64,000 nucleotides of DNA. Source: Lama glama (lineage: Eukaryota). Shown here piece by piece: positions 39,900 through 50,877 of the stretch. The translations under genes and the position numbers were made by a program. The stretch covers positions 8,434,001 to 8,498,000 of the forward strand of contig CM052818.1 in assembly GCA_028534125.1 (NCBI GenBank). Reading direction: 5' to 3'. Every line of letters begins with the position of its first letter. Within the stretch, counting starts at the first letter, position 1. A model generated the notes under the pieces. That model was not told the origin of the DNA. It did no database searches and saw nothing but the letters and a program-made list of their open reading frames with translations.

Positions 39900-40931
39900 G
39901 TTACTTCCAGTATTTTACTTAGCACATATGTGAATGGCACAAATCTTAAACTGCACAATTCTATGAATTTTGACAAATGTATACACCCATGTAACACAGA
40001 ACACTACATCACCCCGACAAGTTTTCTCATGCCTCTTTTCAGTCAATCCCCAAACCCACCAGCTATCACTATTGTAATATTTTTATTATAAGATTAGTTT
40101 TGTCTCTTCCAGAACATCACAAATGGAATCATACAGTACATACTCTTTTATGTAAATCTTCTTTTATTCAGCATGATGCTTTTGAGATACATCCACACTG
40201 CTGAATATATCAATAGCTCATTTTTACGATGAATAGTATTCTATTCGCGAATACAATAGTTTGGCCATTTTCCTGTTGATGTACATATACTTGAACTATT
40301 TTCAGTTTAAGGCTATCATGAATAAAAATGTTCTGAACATTTTTGTACAAGTCTTTTTTGTGAATATGTTTTCATTTCTTTGGATAAACATCAAGGAGTA
40401 GAACTGATGAGTCAGAGGGTAGGTCTATGTTTAGTGTTACAAGAAACTCTCCAAGTGATTGTACCATTATACTCTCTACCAACAACGGATGAGAATTCTA
40501 GTTGGTCCACATCCTTACCAACATTTAGTATTTATTGGCAGTCTTAAATTTTAATCATTCTGGTGGGTGTGGAGTTGTGACTCATGGTGATTTTAATTTG
40601 CTTTTCTCTGGTAATAAGAGATGCTGAAACATTTTCATGTGCTTATTAGCCAATGATGTCTTTCTTTTTGAACTACATGTTCAAATCCTTGCCCATAAAA
40701 AAAAGTTGTCTTTTTATTATTGAGTTGTAGGATATTAAAAAAAAAATCTATTCTAGATATCAGCCTGTGTCAGATTTATGTTTTGTGAATATTTTTGTCT
40801 AGTCTGTAACTGGCCCATACATTTTCTTAACGATCTTTTTTTAATTGAAGTCTAGTCAGTTACAATGTGTCAACTTCTGGTGTACAGCATAATTTAATGG
40901 TCTATTTTGATAAGCATATGTTTTTAATTTT
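39900..40931 (-). mobile_element. Old L1, 3' part (left of the insertion)
   Basis: tgaattttgacaaatgtatacaccc...aaatggaatcatacagta...gattttaatttgcttttc...tttgataagcatatgtttttaatttt. Confidence 0.85.
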
Positions 40932-40944
40932 TTTCAAACACAAT

Positions 40945-41085
40945 TTCATTTAATTTTTACAACCATCCTGTGAGGTAACACCACCGATATTAGATAGATG
41001 AAGAAGGCTCAGAGTCTTGTTCAAGGACACACAACTGGCAAGTGGTGGGTGACACTAAGATTCAAACTCAGGTTTCCAGATCCAA
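40945..41085 (-). mobile_element. MIR SINE inside the inserted segment
   Basis: tcatttaatttttacaaccatcctgtgaggt...agatgaagaaggctcagag...tgttcaaggacacacaact...gattcaaactcagg, reverse MIR core. Confidence 0.7.
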
Positions 41086-42049
41086 TACGATGGTGTTGTA
41101 ATCCCTCTTTGTGTGTTTCAAATTAAAAACAAACAAAAAAGACCCAAGAATTTAGAAATGAGACACAGTAAAGCACATAAACCTTTTTGCACATATATTA
41201 ACCGTTATAATCATTGACTAGATCAAGATACCCACCATTTCGAGCAATCCAGAAAGCGCCCTCCTGCACCTTCTCAGTCAATTCCCCCAAAGTAATTACC
41301 ACTCTGCTGCTATCATCATAGACAGACAGGTTTTAGAGTAATCTAACTTTTGGGAGTTATCAGCACAAAATTCCGTATACCAATCCTTCATCCTTCCATC
41401 CCAGCTCTAGTACTCAAAGCTGCTCTAGCTCTAACTTTTCAATTCAAGTACTCACTGTAGAGACTAGCTGTTGGAAACAGCTTCATATTCAATTTCTTGC
41501 AGTATTTTGAAATTCATACTAACTTTGAAAAAAATAAAAAAAAGAACTCCTGGAAGTAGAGTCAAAAGACTGTCATCAAACAAATAAACGTATCTTAGGA
41601 ACACCACATACAAAAGTTGCTTGACTCAAGTAATTTGGCGCATCTGCTTCCAATCATGGTTTCTCATTACGAATGAACCAGCAAAGGCCGTTTCAGTTTG
41701 TGGAAGGGAAGAATACCCAGGAAGGGTATGGGACAGCGATTGCTTTGCATCATCTTACAACACACCAAAAAATACATGTCCACATGGCTTCCAAAGTTGA
41801 CCTGCTCTTCTACGACGCAAGGAAAACAAAAGTACAGGGGAAGACGATCTAGGCGGAGGCAAGTGGGGTAAAAAGGGGCTTCAGGGAGGCTTTAATGCAG
41901 GTTTTCCATTCCTGGCAGACTGTTTCTTCAAACACATTCAGTCTTGTCCAACCTGGCAGTGACGGAAGCAGCATGACAATTTCACCCCAGGCTCTCAAGC
42001 TGGGTTTGGTGAATTTAGGTGATTCTAGACAACTTTCTCTCTCCTCCTG

Positions 42050-42700
42050 ACCCCCGCCACTCAGTTCCGGTTTCGCACCTCTTCCTAATTCCCACCACTG
42101 CAGCCTGCGGCGTTTTAAGCAGTCTACCAATTGATTATAGCTGAGCATCAGAGAAAGCATGGCATTTCTGAAGTCAGATAACTCTCGGAGTCATATCTGA
42201 GGGAGGTGACAGAAGGCGGGGTTTCTAGAGAAACGTTCTGGCCCAAAGCAGGAGGGCAGGTCCCGAAGTGGGCTCGCATGACGGGCAGCAGCACACCCAG
42301 GACGACCTCAAAGACCAGCGAACTCTCCTCCCTCTTACCTCCAGGTGCCAACGACCCCGCCAGTCAAAGCCCCCCGAGGAAAAGAGGAATGCCCAAACCT
42401 CAGAGAGCTGCAGGGCCAGCTCTGCTCAGCGCAGAGAAGGCTCTGGTCTCCGTTTTCTCTCTCTCTCTCTCTGGAAGCCGCTCGCAACCTCCAAACTGTG
42501 GCGAGGGCGTTGAGTTGCACGCCCTAAGAAAGGAACCGCACTCCTCCAGAAACCTGCGCCAGCAGCTGGGCTGCAAGTCGCGTTTGCCCTTCTCTGCGCT
42601 GCGATCTCGCGAGAGCAGCCCGCCCACGGGAAAGTTGGGAACGCCCACCGCGAGGCAAGCTGGGAGTTCCTGTTATCGCTCGTCTGAGGCGGCTGTGAGG
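42050..42700. promoter_or_regulatory. CpG-island-like, promoter-like segment inside an EHBP1 intron
   Basis: Only GC/CpG-rich stretch in the window. Contains TCTCGCGAGA at 42605-42614, GC box CCCGCCC at 42619-42625, ETS-like TTCCGG near 42065, CCAAT near 42127, and a minus-strand donor GAG|gtaaga at 42339/42338. Confidence 0.7.
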
Positions 42701-43064
42701 ACTGCCTTAAAATTACTGTGAGGTAATCCTATTGTGTCTCATCTCATTTTTTTGTTCGTAAATTAAAAAAAATTAAGGTCAGACTTTCCTGGTTCTTAAT
42801 AAACAAGTTACTCTTGAAATCTGAATACTTTTGAGTATTAGGTTAGGAGACCTTAGCTTTACTTCAGCATTTCTGTTTTAGTCACCTTCCTCTGATTTGG
42901 CTTCAGCCGAGAGGGAAAGGCATTCTGTTGTGGCACATAATGAGGCCGCCAGTTAGCCAGTTCGTGAAAGTTTACCAGAGATGAAGTGTAAGAATAGAAA
43001 GGAGTCTATTAGGGTATGCTGTCAGGACAGCAGTCCATGCAGAGGAGAGGTGCCTGGGTGAGCC

Positions 43065-44220
43065 CATACGTTTTTAATTTTGATGAAGTCTGCTTTATCA
43101 AATTTTTCTTTCATGATTATTATTTCCCATGAATTATGTAATGTAAGAACCTTCTGGGCACCCTAAGGGCACAAACATAGTGTCTTTTTAAATTTTTTCA
43201 TAGGCTTTATAGTTTTAACTTTTACATGGATGTCTATGATCTACCTTGAATTAATGTTTGTGTATACTGAGAGGTAGGAATTGAGGCTCGTTTTTTCCAT
43301 ACGGACGCCTGAGTATTTCAGTATCATCTCTTGAAAATACTTTCCTTTCTTGACTGAATTATGCTGCACCTTTGCTGAAAACTACTTGACCAAATAAGTT
43401 TGGGTCTATTTCAGGACTCTCTGTTTTGTTCCACTGACATATCTGTCCTATGCCAATACCCCACCATCTTGATTATTACAGCTTTACAGTAAATTTTGAT
43501 GTCAGGTAGTACTAGAATAATAATTATATTCAGGATTGTTTTAGTTATTCAGTTCCTTTGCTTTTCCAATTATATTTCAGAATCAGCTTTTCAATTTCTA
43601 CTTTTAAAAAGTCTGGTAGGATTATGAATGGCATTGGGTTGAATATATAGATTTATTTGTGAAGAAATATTATCTTTACAATATTGAATCTTCTAATCTA
43701 TGAACAGACTCTCCAGTAAGATCTTCTTTAATTACCTTCAGTAATGTATTAGTTTCAAGTGTAGAGGCTTTTTCCACATTTTCCGTTAAATTTGTTTCTA
43801 AGTAGTCTGTGTTACTTTTAGCCTCTATGTAAATGGAATTGTTTTGTTCATTTCATTTTCTAAATGTTTGTTGTTCATATATAAAAAATACAAATTTTCC
43901 TATATTGATTTTGTATTTTGTGTTCTTGCTAGGATCTGAAATATACTGTTGAATAGAAGTGGTAAGAACAGTTACCTTTGCCTTGTTCCCAATTTTTAGA
44001 GGAAAAGTGTTCAGTGTCTCACCATTAAATATTATGTTAGCTGTAGCTCTCCACAGATACTATTTATCAAAATGAAGAAATTCTCTTATATTAAAACTTT
44101 GCTGAGAAACTCTGTTGAATTTTTTTCAAATGTTCCTTTCTGCACTTGATGATTACATGGTTTTTCTCTTTCTCTTTATTCTGTTAATATGGTTAAACCA
44201 ACCTTGCATTCCTAGGATAA
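43065..44220 (-). mobile_element. Old L1, continuation (right of the insertion)
   Basis: gtttttaattttgatgaagtctgctttatcaaattttt...ctatgccaatacc...aatagaagtggtaag. Collinear with the left part, as judged against window copies near 26290-26330 and 62430-62490. Confidence 0.85.
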
Positions 44221-47200
44221 GTTCTTAAAGAATGCATATTGTTACTTAGAATATTCATTGTCTCCTGGCTCCCTCCCTAAATAAATATTGGAGAGCTTCT
44301 AACTTTTCCTTTAGAGCTCTTACTTCCATCTTGGCCATGTCAGATAGGTATTCAGTATCCACAGAATTCTCCCAGAGTCTTACAGGGGATGCTAGAGAAT
44401 GCTCAGTTGTCATTAGTACAAACAAAGCAGCATTAGGGTTTGAGTCATGCAGAAAGTAGGCTGAATTTGTAATCTGTATCTTTTGCCACTTTTACTATTC
44501 TCTAAGTTGACACATTTGAATTCTAAACACTGGGAAGAGATATCTTAGGGTCTCAAGCTCCTTTAAGAAACAGGTAGCTATGGTACTTTATAAACATTTT
44601 ATCTCAAAGGATCATAAATGCTCCCACCACTCTGCTTCTACCCTATTTCCCAATCTTAAACCTAAATAACAGCTACAATATTCCAGAAATTCTCATCCTC
44701 CACACAGATCTCCAAAATACATGGCCATTTAAATTTTTTTACTGTATAGAGTCCACAGAAATCCTATGATTTTGTTCATGAATGTCCTAGATACCAGACG
44801 TACATGCCCCAGTAAAGACCAGAAGCAAATTAATGGAGGTATTCTCTCATCAGAGTCCCAAGTTTACACTGAGGAACTTTCCAATTTAAAGAGAAAGACC
44901 TATTTATCCTCATTCATAGCCCTAGCAAGTAGGATATTTAATCTCAGAGGGCTGAGTCATACCAAAATCAACTCTAGATCCTCAGATATGAACTGTTATC
45001 TTCTCTACCACCATCTGTGCTGTAAGATTATGTTTCCTGAAGGTAGCCAATATGTCACTCTCTCTTCCTCCTCCTGAATTAACTTTACCAACTATAGGAA
45101 AAGGATTAACAAACACCATGCAATACTGCTTATGGTAAAAATGAATCCTGATTTATAAACTGTATCTCAATGGGAGGCCTCTGAATGGACTATAAACCTG
45201 ATGATAGGATATAGCTTGAGCTTCTCTGATTGTGGAGACTCTTGTAACTGGGCATGTCCCTTACAAGGACCCTGGATAATATACCTACCAAACTATTACA
45301 AATGATATTAGCTCTTGTGGAGCATGAAGATTCTAAACCAAGGTAATCCTTGCTGCAAACTATGTGGATCTTGTCTCCTTATACCCACATTGTCATTTGG
45401 GAGTAGAGGTCAAGGAATAGCAACTGGGCTGCTTTGCAAACCCCAGCAAAAGAGAAATGCTTTGCTGGCATGCTGTTTCCTATCCAATATTCTTCTGAAA
45501 GAATCTAATGCCAAGTTTTGCCAATCCAAGTCCTATGAGTCTGAATGTCTGGTTAAGCCTAACCAGAATCCTTGGTGATCTTTGCAGTAACCGTAAGTAT
45601 ACTAAGGGGCTTCCCAGTGTCTCATAATGTCTCATTTCTTCCATAATGCTTTGCTGTAAACTGCTTCATATAAACCTGATTTTCTTAGCTATATTCAATA
45701 GGACTTTGTCATTTATGCAGGATGTCTTTTTTTTCCCCTTCCTGTTTGTATGTATTCAGAAATTCAACATGAATCCCAAAGATGGTCATATTACCAAATA
45801 CTGGTTCAACCATTGTGAGGTTGCCATATAGATGGAAGCACTGATTTTTTTGAAATCATATGTAATATCTAATACCAGCTGCAACAGACTTTCCATTAAA
45901 AGGCTTTGTTTCTCCATCTCCAAGGTCTATCACTTCCACTACATTTCAGTGATTTTTCCAACTGCAATTCAAAATTTGCCTGTGCATTCACTGGTGCTGA
46001 ACCTCTGCAGAAGGCATCTGTATACATAGTTTCAACTAAAGGTCCCTACCTAAGAGCCAGTCTTAAAATATGTATCCAGTTAGAAGTGAATTCTGTCTCA
46101 GACAGGGTAGGGACTTTTGATCAGTCTAAGTATAGACACTATGAATTTACTTTTACCTTCTAGCAAAGACTAGAATTTCAGAAGATATATTTTGTCAGTT
46201 ACTATTGATTTTCAGCAATATTCCATAAGAGCATGGGGCTAAATGAATAGCCTCTAGGTGTCAATCTAAGATATACCCCAAAATAATTGTAACAGTCTGT
46301 TCTTTCAAGAAGCTTGCAGCTTAGTTGACAAAATAATATACCCATATAATTTTATTGAAATAATGTGATTGCATTTTATGCATTTATATTATAATATAAA
46401 GAGGCACTTAATATAAACAAAATTTAAAATAACAATTCCTTCCTCTATAAAAATTGGGTCAACAATTTTTTAAGCTGCAAGGAAGAGAGAACATAAGCTG
46501 TGTTTAAGTTATTGCCACTTTAGCTGGTAAATAAAAATACTCACCATACTTATTTGTACCATGTTTATAAAATACATTCATTTTGTTTACTCTTAAGCTA
46601 TTATTCAAACATTACTATTGTTTAATTTTAATATACTTTTTATTATCTTAAAACTGCTTTACCCAAACATTTTTAGACTGGTAGAGCTGGTGCTGAAAAA
46701 ATATTCCTGAAAGTTAACTTTGGAATTTACATGTGCTAAAAAATGCAACCAGGAAGTCAAACAACTGCCATGATATGCTGTGCTATTAACTTAAGTGATT
46801 GTCTTCTACAATTTGATAGAAAAATGCCAAGAAAAAAAATAACACCCAAGCAAAAATATGTTACAATGACTGAAGATTTATTGCTTAGAGCAGAAATCTA
46901 ATCACCCGCTGTCCCCTCCTACCTATGCTCCCTCAACACATATTTTATATTCATTACTTTGGGGAAACTAGTCTTGAATTACTTAAGGTTCAAATTATGT
47001 GTCTCCTCTAGATCACATTCCTTCCATAAAATGGGAACACCCATCCTACGTAAGATAGTATGTGATTAAAAGTCAAAGTGAATGGAACAAGATAATATGC
47101 CAGAGTGATCAATATGGGCTACAATAGGAGAGGGAAGCCCATTCATCTCCATTTATGGCCTTTCAGTTAACATATTTTAAATTCTCAATGTGTTTCAGAC

Positions 47201-47455
47201 AATGTGCTAAAAGCTAGAGATGAAAAAATGATCAGAACATAGTCTCTACTTTGAAGGAATTTCATAAATATAGATAAATAAATAAATAAATAACACAAGA
47301 CAGTAGCATTCCAAAGAAATTTTGGATCATCTCAAAGTGCATTAAAACAATTACTTCTGTTAGGGTCAGGGAATTTTAGGCTATCTAAAAACATTACTCC
47401 TGCAGTAGGAATTTTTTAAATTAAGGTATATATGTATGTTTAAGAAATAAGGATA

Positions 47456-47815
47456 GCTATGATATGAATGTTTGTGTCCCCCAAAATTCATACGTTGAAA
47501 TCCTAATTCCCAAAGTGGTGGCATTAGGAAGTGGGGCCTTTGGGGGTGATTAGGTCATGAGGGTAGAATCCTCATGAATGACATTAAAGCCCTTATTAAA
47601 AAAAAAAAAAAGACCCAAAAGAGCTCCCCTTCCCCCTTCCACCATGTGAAAAATACAATGAGAAGTCTATGACCCAGAAAGAGGTCCCTCACCTGACCAT
47701 GTTGACACCCTGATCTCAGACTTCCAGCCTTTAGAACTGTGAGAAACAAATCTCTGTTGTTTATAAACCACCCAATCTATGATACTCATTATAGCAAACC
47801 AAATGGACTAAGACT
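47456..47815 (+). mobile_element. MaLR solo LTR (MLT1A-like)
   Basis: tgaatgtttgtgtccccc aaaattcatacgttgaaatcctaa...gtggggcctttgggggtgattaggtcatgagggt...cctgatctcagacttccagcct...agaactgtgagaaacaaat...ggactaagac. Confidence 0.9.
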
Positions 47816-48757
47816 ATAAAATCTAATTATTATTGAATCCTTTCATTAAATCTGTATTTTGCTTAAAAATAATGTCCTTTCTTTTCCTTTCAGTACTAGT
47901 GCAGAACTTGTGACATACTGTTATCACCATTTTTCCCCATGGCTGTGATCAAACAGTATAACACTGTTCAAAACAGCTATGACTATGAAAATGTGTGGTT
48001 TTCTTATTGCTACTTATGGCAGTAGTGCCTAATTGAGATTTAGTCTGAACCAAAAGCCATATACAAAGAACAAACCATATTCTCTAATTGAAAGATCAAA
48101 TTATATCCTACTGGAATTACAAAAAACGCATGCTGTGAAAAAATGTCTATATTTATAAATGGTACAGTACAAGCACAAAGGATAGAGTGATCAAGCTTAA
48201 GAGGGAGTGGGTATGAAAGGCTTCTCAGAGTATGTGGCAAAAGAAGTAGAATTTGAAGGATAGGAGGTCACTGGGGGTGGTAAGGGAAGAATATCAACTT
48301 ATCCTTCTTGAAGTACTCCAACTAGTTGAATAAAACAAAGAACTCAAAGACAGAAAAGACATGGCATTTATAAAAGTATTGTATAATTTTGCTGCCATCA
48401 TTATAAACAATGCAAATGTCGGCATTTATTATTGAAAACAGAAACCCAAAATGTTTTTGAAATAAAAATAACAACCAGGAGGGGTTGGAGGAAGGGGTTC
48501 AAGGAGAGAAGAGAGAATCATATTGGATCTCTCATCTCACACAAACTGAGTCAACACATTTTGTTTCATTTTTAATGTTAGTAGAGAAATATAGGTTCAT
48601 TCATTTATCCATTGGCTTATTTATTTTAGAGGATACTATTCCAAAATGAAAATAGAGTATGTATAACTTCCAAATTACTCTATTAAAAATGCTTAAGTAA
48701 AATATTTGAGAATGGCAAAATGTAAGGGGTGAGTGGAGAAAATAATAAGAATATCCC

Positions 48758-48866
48758 GGGGGGAGGGTACAGCTCAGCGGTACAGTGTGTGCTGTAAATA
48801 AACCTAATTATCCCTCCTCCAAACAAAAATAAACAAAAAGTAAATAAATAAAATGTTTGGAAAAAA
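48758..48866 (+). mobile_element. Internally deleted Vic-1-type SINE
   Basis: GGGGAGGGTACAGCTCAGCGGTACAGTGTGTGCT joined directly to TAAATAAACCTAATTATCCCTCC and an A-rich tail. TSD aagaatat(t)ccc at 48747-48757 and 48867-48878. Confidence 0.8.
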
Positions 48867-49525
48867 AAGAATATTCCCAAATAAAAGTATAAAGTAATAT
48901 AAGTGAAATTAAGTATGTCAGTTATCAAGAAATATAACTACTAAAGTACAAAAACTAGAAGGTTAGATCAACCAAATAATGTATATAAAGAGAAGTATTT
49001 AACACACACAGAATAAAAATAAAGTGATAAATACACCAAACATAAAGAAAGTATAGATTACAAATATCAACATCAGGCAAAAACTCAAGGCAGGAGGCAT
49101 TAAATGGGGTGAATTGATCAAATTATATTTCACAATGAAGACATAAGAGAATAAATTTTTATGAACTAAATAATTTAGGATTGAAGTTCTCTTTCATTGA
49201 TGAACTATAGAAAAAGAATAAGAATATAAATAACTAAATAATGTAAATTTAAAGTTTGGTCTAATAGCTACATACTGAATCTAACAAATAGAGTATATAT
49301 GTAAAAAGGTATTTATGGAAAATTTACAAAAACAGATCATATACCTACACTACTAAGAAAAAAACCTCACTCACATTTTTTTAAATTGAACTAGGACAAG
49401 CTTCTGAAGCTTATTTGAATGAAATTAAGCTAGAAATAAACACCGCACATGACAAAGCACATTCTCCTAAACATCTTTGGGTTAAATAAGGAATCAAAAC
49501 GGCCATCACAAATTAGAAAATAATG

Positions 49526-49804
49526 CAGCTGACCCCTGAACAACACAGGGGTTAGGGGTGTCAACTCTCTGTACAGTGGAAAATCCACATAGAATTTATA
49601 GTTGGCCCTTGTATTCATGGTTCCTCCACATCCTCAGTTCCTCCATATTCGCATCCAGAGATTGTGCAGGAATGTTTAGTACTGTAGTATTTCCTACATA
49701 TCTGCATCCACAAATCATGTAGCACTGCAGTATTTATTACTGAAAAATATCTGTATATAAGTGGACCTACACAGGTCAAACCAGTGTTGTTTAAGGGTCA
49801 ACTG
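49526..49804 (-). mobile_element. Tigger2-family MITE (TcMar)
   Basis: Terminal inverted repeats cagctgacccctgaacaacac / gtgttgtttaagggtcaactg, followed by TA. Confidence 0.88.
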
Positions 49805-50737
49805 TAATTTATGAAATTTGCTCAGGACAAAATATCTATTCTTGCATACAAGTCTGAACAATTCCTTATAAAAGATTTCTAGAAGTGGAGTGGAAGTGAA
49901 GGTCACTGGAGTTGAGGAATTCAAAGAAGATTCTGACTAAGAAGTTTAATGGGTCAGCCATGGGATCAATGGAAATCCTCCACATAGTAGCAAGAATTGA
50001 GGCAGAGCCAAGAGATGGATGCCAAGGTGCCCAACGGACTTGGAAAAATCACCAAGAAATGAACAGAAGGTAGAAGTCAAGGGGTTTCTATCCAGAAATT
50101 TGAACAATTTATTAGCTGAAAGGTGTATGTATATAGTGCTGGATTTTCACTCCAATAATAAAGATGTATAACATCAGTTCCTTAAGGGTGATAGCAGATG
50201 TGCTGATAAACATTTACTGACTAACACAAAGAGGTTCTAACCACTTACCATCTTAGTAGTTTGATCAAATCAGCTATAAGGAATGCTTGCATGGAAGCTT
50301 CTAGATACATGGATACATAAGATGTATACAAATTCAAAACAAAGAATGTCCATGTGATTTATGTGAATAAATGAACATGAACTAGGAGAAGGTAGCCAAT
50401 GCATTTCCTCATTTCACCCTTAAGACAGACTTTTACTTATAGAGCGTTCATCCATATGTTGACAAAATAAGTATAAACATATTTAGGCTACTTTATACTG
50501 TGAGTAGTTCCAGTAAAGTTTTATGCTTTCTTGACTAGCTTTGGACTTGATCTTAAACTGCTAAAATCTGTTATTACCATCAGCATGTAAAGTTTCCAGA
50601 GAGCTATATGGTATATTATACTAGGAAGGCTTAAGGAAGAAAAAATATCTTGGTGGAATTGTTTTTTTCCTGGGAAACAAGAATGAGTTTTTCAACTCTG
50701 CAAAAAAATAAAAACTTTTAATGCAAATAAAACTGAC

Positions 50738-50877
50738 CTGTAATTTTTGCTGCCTTTTCTTCTTGGTTCACTCGGTTCTCATCATCATCTTCATTATCTT
50801 CTTCAAAGTCATCTAAATTGCCAATGTCAGCCTGCTTCATACTCATCAAACTAGCCAAACTTTGCATGTCTTCATCC
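50738..50877 (-). CDS. EHBP1: EHBP1 internal coding exon (140 nt), acidic linker
   Basis: Translation (T)DEDMQSLASLMSMKQADIGNLDDFEEDNEDDDENRVNQEEKAAKIT(E). Acceptor atacag|G, donor G|gtcagt; phase 2 to 1, fits the previous exon. Confidence 0.97.

Noticed and set aside
42206..42721. 171-aa plus-strand ORF and overlapping ORFs in the GC-rich region
   Set aside because: GTG/TTG starts or short lengths, low-complexity Ser/Pro/Arg composition, no recognisable domain. Stop-poor frames are expected in GC-rich DNA.
40932..43064. Processed pseudogene of a protein-coding mRNA
   Set aside because: No coding relic was found. The segment contains a MIR, an L1 scrap and an unspliced donor, so it looks like genomic or pre-mRNA sequence.
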